This document shows, piece by piece, positions 32,539 through 44,859 of a stretch of 64,000 nucleotides of DNA (its first letter is position 1; each line of letters begins with the position of its first letter). The stretch is from Paraspadella gotoi (taxonomy: Eukaryota > Animalia > Chaetognatha). The notes beneath the pieces are model-generated. The model saw nothing but the letters and a program-made list of their open reading frames with translations. It was not told the origin of the DNA and ran no database searches. The position numbers and the translations under genes are program-made. The stretch is from NCBI GenBank assembly GCA_051294375.1, contig CM119263.1, positions 25,882,436 through 25,946,435 of the forward strand, read 5' to 3'.

Positions 32539-34763
32539 CTGTCAAAGTTATACTGTTCTTCTGTCTTCAAGATGACGTTGCGGTTTTTGTTCGAAAGACC
32601 TGCTTCAGTTTCCCTCAGTATTAGATAAATGATCATAAATATTATCTTTTTATTCTAAATCACTTTTTTATCGTTTTCTTTCTCCTTATCACTATTATTG
32701 TGCAATAGGGTGAGAAATCTGAATCTAATAACAATTAAAAATATTATAAATATTTCGCTTTTCTGTTCCCGACACAATATGAGCAAAATACTTTTTGTAC
32801 TCCATAATCATACTATTCCGCATAAAATTATTATTATTAATCGACTAAAATCCAAATTCTGTTCTCAAAAGCTCAACTATATCGTGCAATCCCTAACTCT
32901 ACAAAGCTAATAGGTAGTCGTGCATTGGGACTATATATATCAATACCGGGAATCAAACTCGCGTTCCCCGCCACCAGGATCCTCTTTCTTTCCACCGACG
33001 CGCCACCTCAGTCCCTCCGCGGTAATTAAGGAAGACTCCGACTTTGTTTACCTAATCATGTTTTGTTTACGCGCTTCGACGACGACGAGGGATCGCGTGG
33101 AGACGGTGTCGGTTGCCCTTGACTACGGGGATGGGGAGATGGTAAACAACCGAAGAAAACAAANNNNNNNNNNGGGGCTAATGAAGATGGCGGGATAATC
33201 CTAAGGTCAGGAACTGAGGACGACGACGACGACGACGACGACGACGACTAAGAAGACGACGACGACGACAAAGAGGACGACCTTTGGTATCTTATCCACT
33301 TTGAATTCTATCTCAATGTTGGCGAATTCACCATCCATCCTTTGCCACCTTCATTGATCCAAACTACTTGCCAGAAATTGATGGCATCATTAAGACGATG
33401 GCACGAAAGAGATTTACGCTGCGTCTCAACGCAGAAACACGATTAGATTCCCTGTCTCATCGGGCGACAGGTGGCGGCACCTGCTCCAACTTAATCCCAG
33501 ATACCACCGCGTTTTAATCGGCGATGATAACAACGACGTGAGCTGCATGGTTGCCGGACAGAGGATGGCCGCGCAAGCTAATCATCGTTACATTATACGC
33601 ATTAAAAACATAGAAATACATTGCAATGCCTTCATTGTCCTAATTACTGAACCACCTAAATTGGTAGTATTCAAAGCTAATCTCGTGGATTCCCTCTTAG
33701 AAATACTCATCTAGCTAAAAAGTTTTTAGAGTATGAAGAAATATTATTAAATTAATTTAATTTATGACACAATGAAAAATAACGTGGCGAAACGGTCTCG
33801 TGCTGATTTTGTCCCTTTAAAATCGTTTCTGAGCCAAATTAATTGATCACTACTTTTGGTAATATGTGCGATATACACTACTGGACATATCTGTATCTGA
33901 CCATAACCCTTGACCATCAACAAAAAAGCTAACTAGATCAAAATAGTAAAAAAGATGAAGCAATATAGCTCGAAACGCTTACAAAATTTTAGACCATTGC
34001 TTTTATAAATGCAAAAAAAATATTAATATTATTAAAACAAAACTTTAACGATAACCTAATAGTTAACCGAGACCAAGATGAATATTTTTTACCCATCATT
34101 TCCTCAATTTATATGAATCATTTGTTTGTAATTAGTCAATTAATCTAAATAACAATATGACAAATTCATTTTCAATTTTCTTTATGAATGGGAAGTTTTC
34201 TCTGCTTACTCCCCTTGTGTCTAATTATTTAATATTTTAAAGGTATTTTCAAAAACCTTATATAATTACTATATTTTCACTTTTTTTCAATTCTTTCAAA
34301 CAAAACAACATCATAAAAACATTTTAAATTAATAAAAAAAAATTGATTGAATGATTTTGAAAAAAAATATTTGAAACTTGAGAATAATGGATTATGAGTC
34401 AGGAAAAAAATTTTGCAATTCTAAAAAAATCAGCCTCTAGCCTTTCGATTTTTCTAGAGGCTGATTTTTTTATTTTTTTGATATTTTAATTTTCTATGCA
34501 AACCATTATTCTCATAAGCATAGGTCGGATGAAATTTTTTTCCCAACAATTTGAAAAAATTTCAACTTTTCTAATTAGGCTTTTTTGGGGGAAATAAATA
34601 GATAATTATTATACGATGGGTACATCTGAAAGTGATATGTATCTAAATGACAACAAAATTTTCTTCAAGTTTTATTTTGAAATTTAAGTATTGTACCAAT
34701 AGAAATAAGTGAGATACTCCCGCTTTGCCGAAATTTTATTTAACAAAGATTTGTACTGCGTAA

Positions 34764-35532
34764 TAGGGTGGAGTGATGAAAAGATTGAGTGATTGAACAT
34801 TATTTTTTTGCTGCCTATGGACATATAATTAATGAATTTTAAATCCTTTTAAAATTTTTTTACCATAACAGTATAGCAAATTCAATTATTTATATAGTAA
34901 TATCCTTATAAAATCGTCAAATTTCAAAATAATTTTTTTTTATTTTTAAAAACTGATTTGGATTCGCTGTAAAAAACTAAGAAACTTTTATAAAATATGT
35001 ATTATGATATATTAATGTTTAGATTACAAAAAATGACTAAAACGTTTTAACATATATAAGTTTCTACTACAGAGAATTGTGAATAGACTTTCGATTTCGT
35101 TGTTTATGGGCATATGAAGACTCTAAAAATACAGAGTCTAAACATGTCTGTCAAATTGTCACTAAAATTTGTTGTCAAAACAAATAAAAATTGTTTTTCT
35201 CCTAATAATACAGAGAATAAAAAAGTCAAGAATTTTTACTTTTTTTCTTATTTTAAAACATTGAAGATGACAGAATTTTTGATAACATGTTTTATATTTT
35301 TGATTCAACTTTTTATGAAGAATCTGAATCTTTATTAAAAGTTTTATAAAAATTATTTTTAAAATTTACTATTTTATAAGGATATTACTACAAATATATT
35401 ATATTTTACTATTCTGTTCCTGAGATAATATGAACAAAATATTTTTTGTACTAGTTAATCATACTATCTCACATCTAAATATCATTGTTCGATCATTCAA
35501 ATAAATTTTTTGTTCTTGAGTGCTCCACTCTA
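34764..35532. mobile_element. Non-autonomous hAT-type element nested in the 4-bp-TSD transposon
   Basis: Ends tagggtggag / ctccactcta with 8-bp TSD ctgcgtaa. The second host copy shows the empty site (54382-54389). Confidence 0.9.
35111..35148 (+). ncRNA. Degenerate hammerhead ribozyme motif (core mutated)
   Basis: CAUAUGA-A-GACUCU-loop-AGAGUC-UAAA-CAUGUC. Helix II is intact, but CUGA and GAAA are mutated. It lies in insert 35078-35208 with TSD tacagagaat. Confidence 0.7.
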
Positions 35533-36759
35533 CTGCGTAATTTAAAAAAAATTATTTTTTTAAATAACTTTTGAAAGAAAAGAGGTAGCAAGGTGGATGT
35601 GGTATCAAATTAAAGCCCTAATCATGGGACACCTTTCTAAAAGAGTTTTATTAAATTAAATCCATAAATCTTTACACAGCTTTTTGTTTAAATCAGAGTT
35701 AAAAGTATAACATTTTTTTGCTTTAAAAATTTCAATGAAGACATATGAAATTTTTCTTTTTCTTTTGTAATTTGAAAAAGGAAAGACTGAATTAGAAAGG
35801 AAATTCGCTATGCCTAATAGCTGGTAACATATTTGACAAAGCAAAACATCATTATGTTAATTTGTATTGATAATTTTTTTTTAAATATAGCAAGGAATTT
35901 AATTTTATTATTTATCATCCATTTTAATTAAGAAAAAATATTTCTCGTAATAGCCCATTGGAAAGGTTTCATTGACTGACTTAATGATAAAAATTTTTAG
36001 ATTTCTTTACTGCCCCATTTCACAAGATATTAAAAGTCATGGTTATCATGTCAATAAGTCCAGATTATCTGTACCCTTTCTGCAACCTGCATTCCAAATT
36101 TTCTTTTTTTCCCTTTCAAATGTATTAAATAAAAAAAATTATTTGAGAGAACAATCAGCGTGGAGGATGCCATTGGTAAGCCTTAGTTACCCCACTCCCC
36201 GATCGAATTTTTAAATGAGGTTTTTTCTTTATCTATTTGAGACATAACACTAACTATTAGTATTATTATTTTTTTTTATTTTTTTCTATTACAATTCTAT
36301 GAATAAATATGAAAAAATAACTTTTTAAAAAAATTTATCATCTTTCACCCTATATTCAGTCATATCAAAAAACAAAAAATGATTTTGCATTGATATTTTG
36401 GATATCAGCATATGAAACTATAACGTTTCAAAAAATAAAAAGAAATATAATAATATTGAACAGTGAATTTTTTTATGCACGGAACCAGTAACGTTACGCC
36501 ATTTTTCATTGTGTCTTATCCAAAACCAAGCCGTAAATCTCTAAGTCGGTCCGCGAGACAGAAAAAAAAAGCGATTCGAAATTTGTCTTTATCGTCCTTA
36601 TCTCAAGGGATTCCGAGCTAGCGATGAAAACAACAAGAAGAAAAACAACAACAATGCCGAGGGGGCGCTCTCTCTATCCGTTCCTCGAGAAGCCGTCTCA
36701 AGGGCCGAAGGCGAAGCCATTGCGTTGCTAGGAGAAGATGATAATGGAATGAGGGGGAA

Positions 36760-36854
<95 letters not shown>

Positions 36855-36918
36855 AGATATCCTGCCACGTTTCTTTCTTTCTCAGTCAATTTTAGACCGG
36901 TCCATTTTTTGTCCCTTA

Positions 36919-37465
36919 TTTTTAGTCGGATCTGCCTACTGCGGATCCCGACTCTATAATCCACTTTATCGGTCCGTCGGTCCGTCCCCTCAATCTTGTC
37001 GGGCTTTCACTTATTTCAAGTCAGAACATCGAATTATGATAACTTGCTGATGAAGGCTCTAACTGTAGAGTCGAAACATGTCCGACCAACAAACTACTGT
37101 CAAATAAAATTCGTTGAAGCAAAACAAATACAAATTGTTTTTCTCCCTAAATTCGAAACAAAAAGAAATCGAAAGTCTATACACAATGATAAATTATGCA
37201 AAAAAATGATGTCCGTCTGTCTGTCCCCCCTTAGCTAAAGACTCCAATTACTCGTGATGGGATGGATGGATTGGAATGAAATTTTGTGGTGGGTAGGGAA
37301 GTGTGTGACTGAGCTGGGTATGAAGTTACGATAGAATCGTGCAAGCGGAAATGAGTTTAAATGGAAGAAACAAAGAAAATCTCATTATTTGAACGCCAAT
37401 TACTCGTGAGTGGATGGGGCATTTGACTTGAATTTTAAGCTTGATTAAGCTGGAAATCAAGTTTT
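36919..37465 (+). mobile_element. HINE-like repeat family A, interrupted by the ribozyme element
   Basis: Same 5' palindrome and body as the other family A copies, with a 143-bp insertion at 37043-37185. Confidence 0.75.
37044..37085 (+). ncRNA. Minimal type I hammerhead ribozyme motif (Penelope-like element type)
   Basis: uug-CUGAUGA-A-GGCUCU-aacugu-AGAGUC-GAAA-CAUG-UC-cga. Intact core boxes, 6-bp helix II, palindromic ACAUGU helix III and a GUC cleavage triplet. Confidence 0.85.
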
Positions 37466-37863
37466 TTTACCTAGAAATTATAAAAGAATAGAAAGTTGTG
37501 GATTCCTTTCGCTCGTTAAAGGAAACAAAAATTAACTAGCGAAATTATAAGTTTGTAAGAGGCAGTCAGAATCGGCGAAAATCTTATAAGGCAAAAATGT
37601 TGAAAAAAAGGGGTGGAATTTTGATGGGTTTCCTAAGATATCTCCACAATGTGAGGTCCGATTAAAGCGAAACTTGAGATTTACAATACTCCCGTCATTC
37701 CACATCCATCGATATAAAAATATAAGTCTGTTCAAACGCCGTCGCAAAACTTTACCATATTTAGATTAACCATATTTTCTCTCTCTCGCCATATAGAAAT
37801 TAATGCCACATTGTACAATAAGCCAAATTCGATTCCATTTGCTTTTCTGTTTTCAATAAATCG

Positions 37864-38507
37864 ATTCATCTCATTTTTTTCGCCATTTTTATCTCGACCA
37901 CCTCCACTTTGTATTCTTTTATTTTTGGTGGGCAGGGAAGGGGAAGTTTCATTGACTTTGTTTCAAAATTTTTTTCCCATTATAAGGCCAGAAATCCTTG
38001 GAATCAGTGGCGTTAAAAAGTTAAACCAGTTGTCTGTTAAACTTGATTTTTTGTCTATCTTTTTTAAATAAAGTCCTTGGCATTGGTGAAATTAAATAGT
38101 TTCTAATTTTATTTTTCTTTAAAAAAGAAGAAAAAACAGGTTTACCTCACAAATTATCAGTTTATATTATTCTTTTATTTTAAAGCTTTCATGGAGAACA
38201 ATGTTTTTAATAATCTATTCATCTCATTTTGTTCGCCATTTTTATCTCGACCACCTCCACTTTGTATTCTTTTATTTTTGGTGGGCAGGGAAGGGGAAGT
38301 TTCATTTACTTTGTCTAAAAATCTTTTTCCCATTCTAAGTCACGAAATTCTTAGAATCAGTGGCGTTAAAAAGTTAAACCGGTTGTCTGTTAAAGTTGAT
38401 TTATTTTCTATCTTTTTTAAATAAAGTCCTTGGCATTGGTGAAATTAATTAGTTTCTAGTTTTATTTTTTTTTAAAAAAGAAGAAAAAACAGGTTTACAT
38501 CACAAAT
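37864..38507. repeat. About 290-bp direct duplication upstream of the hevein-like gene
   Basis: 37864-38154 and 38217-38507 are highly similar, with a third partial unit at about 38508-38552. Confidence 0.9.
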
Positions 38508-38634
38508 CACTTTGTCCAAAAAATTTTTGCCCCTTATAAGTCCAGAAATCCTTTCAAGAACAATTTTTTACGCTAATAATTTTTTTCTATATTTCTGAAC
38601 TAAAAAAATATAAGCAAAAGACTTAATAACAACG

Positions 38635-41600
38635 ATGGGACACAATAAAAACTACTCGTTAATTCTGATGAGCGCGCTTACCTATTTGGCAACAAGTGCC
38701 TCAGGTGAGTAATATAATTATTTTTAATTTAAATAGAAATAAAAGGGAAAAGTAATCAAAGTAAGAAACAAAATTATATTATTTTTTTTACCTACTGTAA
38801 GTACGTATTAGAGTGGAGCACTCAAGAACAAAAAATTTATTTGAATGATCGAACAAGGAAATTTAGATGTGAGATAGTATGATTAATTAGGACAAAAAAT
38901 ATTTTGTTCATATTGTCTCGGGAACAGAATAGTAAAATATAATATATTTGTAGTAATATTCTTATAAAATAGTAAATTTCAAAAATGATTTTTTTTAAAC
39001 TTTTAATAAAGATTCAGATTCTTCATAAAAAGTTGAATCAAAAATATAAAATATGTTATCAGAAATTATGTTATTTAAAATATATTAATTACATGTCTAT
39101 AGGCAGCAAAAAAATAAGGTTCAATCACTCAATCTTTTCATCGCTCCACCCTAGTATGTATACTAAGTAAATATATATAATTTTTTCCTATCATAGCCAC
39201 GATATACGCGAACGAATCATTCTTCGCCAAGAAAAGTAAGTTAACGGCACCTGATATGAATTGAACCACTTTGTGCTCAATGCTCAGTCCTCCAATCACT
39301 CTGAACATCCCTGTCTCCAGGCTTCCACCCTCTCTTCCGGGACGACCATCGTTGCGGCCCGAAATTCCTCGTCGACGGACAGATCTCCGAGTGCGACCCC
39401 AATGGGTTGTTGCACTGCTGCTCCAGTGGAGGATGGTGTGGCAATACCAAGGAGCATTGCCTTTGCAAGGGTTGCATCGATTATAGCGGGAGTGAGTACA
39501 TGGTGACAATTTTACAAGCGCCGGTAGAAATATGCTGTCATTTGCAATCCAGTGGTTATTTAATTGATTTTAGAATTTAGTTGAGTAGAAAATACCAAAA
39601 CTATTTATGTGTTAAAATTTTATATTGATCAGTTAAGATATGCCTTGATAATGAGTGGAGAAAGATGGCTTTTCAAATCGGGTTTCATTTTCCAACTCAC
39701 TGCTTTTAAATTCAATTTTTTTTTTTACTTTTTGCACATTTTTAAACAAACTATTTATTAAAATATTAACAATATTAATATCCTCAGAAAGCCTTTAAAA
39801 ATATGAAGAGGATTATATACTTACGAATACTGTTGTATAAAATTTCACTGGCCCAGCTTTAATTTAATTAGGATATTCAAAAAGAGACATCATTTTAAAA
39901 ATCAATAGCTGGAGAGTAAATTTATAATTTTTATCAAATTGTGATTGGCTATCCTAATTATTTTTTTCTCAGGCTTTTTCATGATACTTATATAAATAAT
40001 AATATTTTTTGGTATAATAATTTAAACACTTAATAAACAGGTCATATATTTTGAAAAAAGATTTAAAATTTTAAATAATTCACTTTTGATACTGGGCTGG
40101 GCAGCTTACTTTTTATGTTAGAGCTTTTGTAAGTAATCATTCTCTTCATATTTTTAATGGCTTTCTGAAGATATTAATATTGTTAATATTTTAATAAATG
40201 CTTTGTTTAAAAAAGTGCTAAAAGTTGAAAAAAAATTGAATTTAAAAACAGTGAGTTGGAAAATGAAACCCGATTTGAAAAGCCATCTTTCTCCACTCAT
40301 TGTCAAGGCATATCTTAACTGATCAATATAAAATTTTAACACATAAATAGTTTTAGTATTTTCTACTCAATTTATTTTTAAAATCAATGAAATAACCACT
40401 GGTTTGCAAATGACAGCATATTTCTACCGGCGCTTGTAAAATTGTCACCATGTATGAATGAGGAAGCGAATTAATGAAGAGAAAGAATGAATGAAGGATC
40501 TGATGAATAATTTCTATTTTTATCGANNNNNNNNNNACATAGTTTAACCTCCTTGCCCAGGAATGGAAGCTCAACAAGAGCCGCCACTTAAACTTCAAGG
40601 ATGATTTAAATATTTAACATCTATTGTAGTTTACCTTTTGTTATTCTTTCCAAAAGATATTGCAATTGCTTGTCGGGAAAAGCAGTTTGATTATCTATAT
40701 GCTTTGATTATTTTATTAAGGTACCTTTATCAATGAACCAAGCAAGTTGGACTGATTTTATAAGGAAACGTCAAGCCATATTTTATCATTAATTATTTTC
40801 TTTGAGAGTTCTTGACACTTTCTTCCAGGAAATTCTTTTTATCGTCGCAATTGCTTTGCGTTTGCGACGATCTTGTAACGCTTTTGCGCATAAGTGGCGT
40901 AGTCGTCGTTGTCGTCGTCGTTCGCCTTTTTGATGATTAAATTTGGGTGTATGAAGCTGAAAATTTATATACAGCTTCTCATCATCGAGGCCCTTAAATT
41001 GGGTGAGGACAGTTATTAAATATGTTTTGTTTCCGTTTATCAAACAAACAAATTTCCTCTATTATTTTTATGTCTCTTTCTCTCTCTCTTTTCTCTTTTA
41101 ATTAGATGTAGCTCTCTCTCTCTTTTCCCTAGGCTGATTCATCAAAAAAAAAACGAGGTCTGCAGCTGGCTCTGCAGGGGATTTTTCTTTTCCTCTTTTT
41201 TCTCCTGCTGCTTCTGCTGCTGTCTTTTGATTTCTTTCTTTTTTTCTGGCTGCCTCTGCTGCTGCAGCTGCTGATTCGTCCGAAAACGATTTGGCTTCTC
41301 TCTCTTTCTCTCTCTCTCTCTTTCTTTCTCTCTTTTTCTCAGGGGCTGCGTCTGCTGATCAGTTTATTTGACCATGAAAAAGTTTGTTTTTGTTTTGTTT
41401 TTTTTTTCAGAAACTGTAACTTTAATTTTCCTCGGTACTTTATTATTTTTTTAATTGACAATCGCAAAATAGAATTTTTCTTTCTGTTTATAAATTAATT
41501 ATCTTTTCTCAAATTTGATTTTTTTTAGTATCAAAATTGCGACGATCCTTATGCTTTTAAGATTTTTTTAGTTTTAGTTTTAGTACGTACATCTTTGAAA

Positions 41601-44023
41601 GAAATCCGGTTATATGTTCGACCTTAAAGTTCAATTCATTCGTTTAAAACGAAGGCCTTGGCCATCATGTAGTGAATTTTTTATATCGGCGGGTTTCAAC
41701 CGGTTCCGATAAACAAACAGGTTTTTTAGAAAACGAAATAAAATAAATTATCTTCAATATTTCAAAAATCCTTGTTTTTAGTCGGATCTGCTTATCGGCA
41801 GATCCCGACTCTATAATACACACTTTATCGGTCCGTCGGTCCGCCCCCTCAATCATGTTGGTCATTAACTTAAATAAGGTCAGAACATCAAATTATGATA
41901 AATTATGCAAAAAAAAATGATGTCTGTCCATCCATCCGTCTGTCCCATCCGTCCGTCCTCTCTTAGCAAAAAACTCTAATTACTCGTGATTGGATAGATG
42001 GATTGGAATGAAATTTTGTATATGGTTAGCAAAGTGTGTGATTGAGCTTTATATAAAGTTAATTATTTGTTTGTACCATAGTAAATGTTCAGTTTAATCC
42101 CTTGCAAGCAATTTACATGTATTGGTGTATTATGATTTATTATCTGATTAGCTGATTACCGCTTAATTATCTTAGGCAGATCCGACATTGTTGCTCAAAC
42201 TTGTTTGATTCAAATACCCTATTTTTTTTGGCCGATAGAGACATAAAAATTTCGTTGCTAATCCCTACCACTGGTTATTCTTACCTCTTGTTAGAGACGA
42301 ACTTAGGAATGTTTCACAGCAACAAGAGATGCGGTTCAAATAATCCGATCAACGGAAAGCCCTCCATTTGCAACCCGGACAGCAACATCCCCTGCTGCTC
42401 CCCTTCGGGTTGGTGCGGCAATTCGCAGCATCATTGCAGCTGCCGAGGTTGCGTGGATTATTCAAAAAAGAAAAGGGTTAGTGATGAAGGAAAAAGGAAG
42501 ATTAATTTTCAGGGTAGTGAATCAAAACTTAGAATAGTATTTACCATCAGATTTTATCGGCAAAAAGTTATTGATTATCTTTTTATAATACACTAAAATA
42601 ATCATTGATGTTTTCTGTTTCTGATATAAGTAATATTTTTCTCATGCTCTTACAATACGCTGCGCTACTAAAAAGAATGCAACATAGGTCGAATTTGCTC
42701 TGCGCCGGTTTAGAGCTTAAAGCCAGTATGTTATATTATTAAGAAGGCAATTAAGAATAGGTATAACTACTATTCTAAGTCGGGAAATCGTGCGCTCAAG
42801 CCCGAGTCGAATAGGGCCATTTATAAGGATGCTGCAGGTAGCAATTGTAGCATACTCAAAACCAACAATAGGCATGCTAGTAGCTCATTCTATGCTCAAA
42901 GGAAAGTTCTAAAGAGAGAAAATGAAGAACTCTATTTAGAAATATTTACCAGGACATCTTATCTTTACTATCCTATGGCAATTTAACTGCCGCAGTTTAA
43001 CAAGTCGTATTTTAACCTTAATTAATAAAAGCAAATCTAAGATGCTGTAAAAACTACAAGGCGACCACCGGGCTAGAACCCCGGACCTTTGGGTTGGGAG
43101 GCAAATGACTCGCCTCCGGCACCAATGGCCGCTGATGAACGGTTTTAGTCCACCATACTCTCATCGTCAACTACCCCTCCAACAGGCCCCAATCCGAGCC
43201 GACTTCCGTTGCGGAGGAAATTTCCCGGTCGGCGGAAAACCTTCGATTTGCGGCGGACGTTATCCTTGCTGCAGCGACGAGGGCTGGTGTGGCAAGGGAT
43301 ACAAGGAGTGTCATTGCATCACCTGCACTGACTACAGGAAACGTAGGTTGAGTGTGAGGTTGCATGTTGCCGACGCGTTCGTGGTTTGATTGGATGAAGG
43401 AATCGATATTACTACACTAGAATACCACTCCCCCTTAAAAAAAAATATAGATACTAAATAAATAAAACCTAAAAAATAAAAAAAAAATAAAGAGTAAATA
43501 TTTTCTTTTATCAATTTTAACCCACTTATCATAAAAATATTGAAAAAAGAATTATGCTTTGTGAAGACAACTTTTTATAAGCTATCTGAATCTGCTTTTA
43601 AAAATATAAAATTTTAAAAAAATTTAACATTTCCTATCTATAAATGAATATTAAAAAAATAATTATTAGTTAGAGCCATTTTAGAAAATTTTTAACAATT
43701 GAAAGTGTTCTCAGAAATGTATAAAGTTTTATTTGGGAATGTTCCCAAATCAAATATCTGACCAACCCCATTGACATAGATTGGCTCTAGTAAAAGACAT
43801 TGTTTGAATTTGCTTATTTATTGCTCGTTTTCCTACGAATACTTTGGCATCCGAAGAGGTTCGATCTGACAAGAGATGCGGGTCTGCCTACCCAATCAAC
43901 GGCGACACTGCAATTTGCGACTCGACGAGCAAGACGCCCTGCTGCTCTCCGGGCGGCTGGTGCGGCTTCACAACCGCTCACTGCCACTGCGCCAACTGCG
44001 TCAATTACGCTGTATCTGGTTGA
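38635..44023 (+). CDS. Secreted protein of four hevein-like / chitin-binding type 1 (CBM18-like) modules, about 248 aa
   Basis: Phase-compatible exons 38635-38704 (signal peptide MGHNKNYSLILMSALTYLATSAS), 39321-39491, 42295-42476, 43186-43342 and 43857-44023. Each module reads RCG...C...CCSxxGWCG....(H)C.C..C.(D/N)Y, and the gene ends in TGA. Confidence 0.85.
38809..39153. mobile_element. hAT-type MITE (same family as 34764-35532, opposite orientation)
   Basis: Ends tagagtggagc / gctccacccta. The 8-bp TSD gtacgtat / gtatgtat has one mismatch. Confidence 0.85.
39499..40452. mobile_element. Foldback / Tc1-mariner-type element with about 300-bp inverted arms
   Basis: catggtgacaattttacaagcgccgg... 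is mirrored by ...ccggcgcttgtaaaattgtcaccatg, with TA on both flanks. Confidence 0.9.
41775..42206 (+). mobile_element. HINE-like repeat family A with both termini
   Basis: 5' ttttagtcggatctgc..gcagatcccgac, (CCGT/CTGT) tract, and 3' subterminal repeat ggcagatccgac followed by attgttgctcaaacttgttt. Confidence 0.75.
43061..43135 (-). mobile_element. tRNA-Gly(CCC)-like SINE head / pseudo-tRNA
   Basis: Reverse complement gcggccattggtgccggaggcgagtcatttgcctcccaacccaaaggtccggggttctagcccggtggtcgc. The acceptor stem pairs and there is a CT-CCC-AA loop and GGTTC box, but the anticodon stem is poor. Confidence 0.7.
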
Positions 44024-44612
44024 CGCTGATGCTGCGTCAATTACGCAGCTGCGTCTTAAAAACAAAAATGTAGTAAAGGAGCTAAAACTGATAATGATAA
44101 TTATGGTATATAGGTATAAAATTATTATTAATTTAAATGGTGAAAATTGTTTTTTTCTATCTTATGTAAATGAGGCTTTGTGTCTAATGCGGGATATGAA
44201 CTTTTATTGTAAAATTGTGGAATTGCGGAATTGTGCACAGCTTCTATAAATGAATATTAAAAAAATAATTACTAGTTAGAGCCATTTTAAAAAATTTTGT
44301 TTCATTGAAAGTGTTCTCAGAAATATATAAAGTTTCTCTATTATTTTTACGTAATAAAAACTATTTTATCTTATTAATATGAGTTTAATGGTAATCAAAA
44401 TTGTAACCTATAAATCTTTTTCTTTAATTTAGAATTGATGAATGCAAAAAAATGAACTCATATATCAATATGAATTTAACTAATTTATAAAAGTAATAAA
44501 ATAATTAGTTAAAATTCCCACTCCGATAAAGATCCACCAAAGTATTCAACATCTCATCGTATAAGAAGTTAAACGCAAGAGCGAACGTTTCTCTGACTTA
44601 AATATCAGTAGT

Positions 44613-44858
44613 ATGGCAACAGCCGGGTTGCCTGTGATGCCCATTGGGTTGGGTCATCTCACTGTTGGCTTTGGGGGCTTCCGACCCTCAGGGACGCATC
44701 CAGTCACTGGCGCGGTTACCCTAGGACGGTCTTGCTTTGCCAACGCAGAAGGAAGTCGTTAGGACTGTGGATGGAACACTACGCCTGGGATGGTGTGTTC
44801 CCCCTCTGAGCCAATTGTATTGGACGTGAGGTGGTGTGAATATACCACCACAGTAGGA
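44613..44858 (-). repeat. GC-rich structured interspersed repeat (possible retroelement 3' UTR)
   Basis: Contains several hairpins (ggcaac/gttgcc, ggaacac/gtgttcc, gtggtg..caccac). A partial copy lies at 14368-14439. Confidence 0.55.
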
Positions 44859-44859
44859 T

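Larger units (their letters stand above)
33766..36515. mobile_element. Non-autonomous DNA transposon with 4-bp TSD (Sola-like?), copy 1
   Basis: TIRs gacacaatgaaaaat / atttttcattgtgtc, with TSD ttat on both sides. Colinear with 53442-55600 apart from a nested hAT insertion and some indels. Confidence 0.85.

Noticed and set aside
33950-33982. Hammerhead-like gatgaagc..gctcgaaac
   Set aside because: It lacks CUGA, the cleavage helix and the family tail, and it is not conserved in the second transposon copy.
36650-36727. HDV-like ribozyme candidate (ttcctcg loop, gccgaaggcgaa)
   Set aside because: P2 and P3 pairings cannot be formed in the required order, and a simple hairpin gagggggc/gctctctc explains the sequence.
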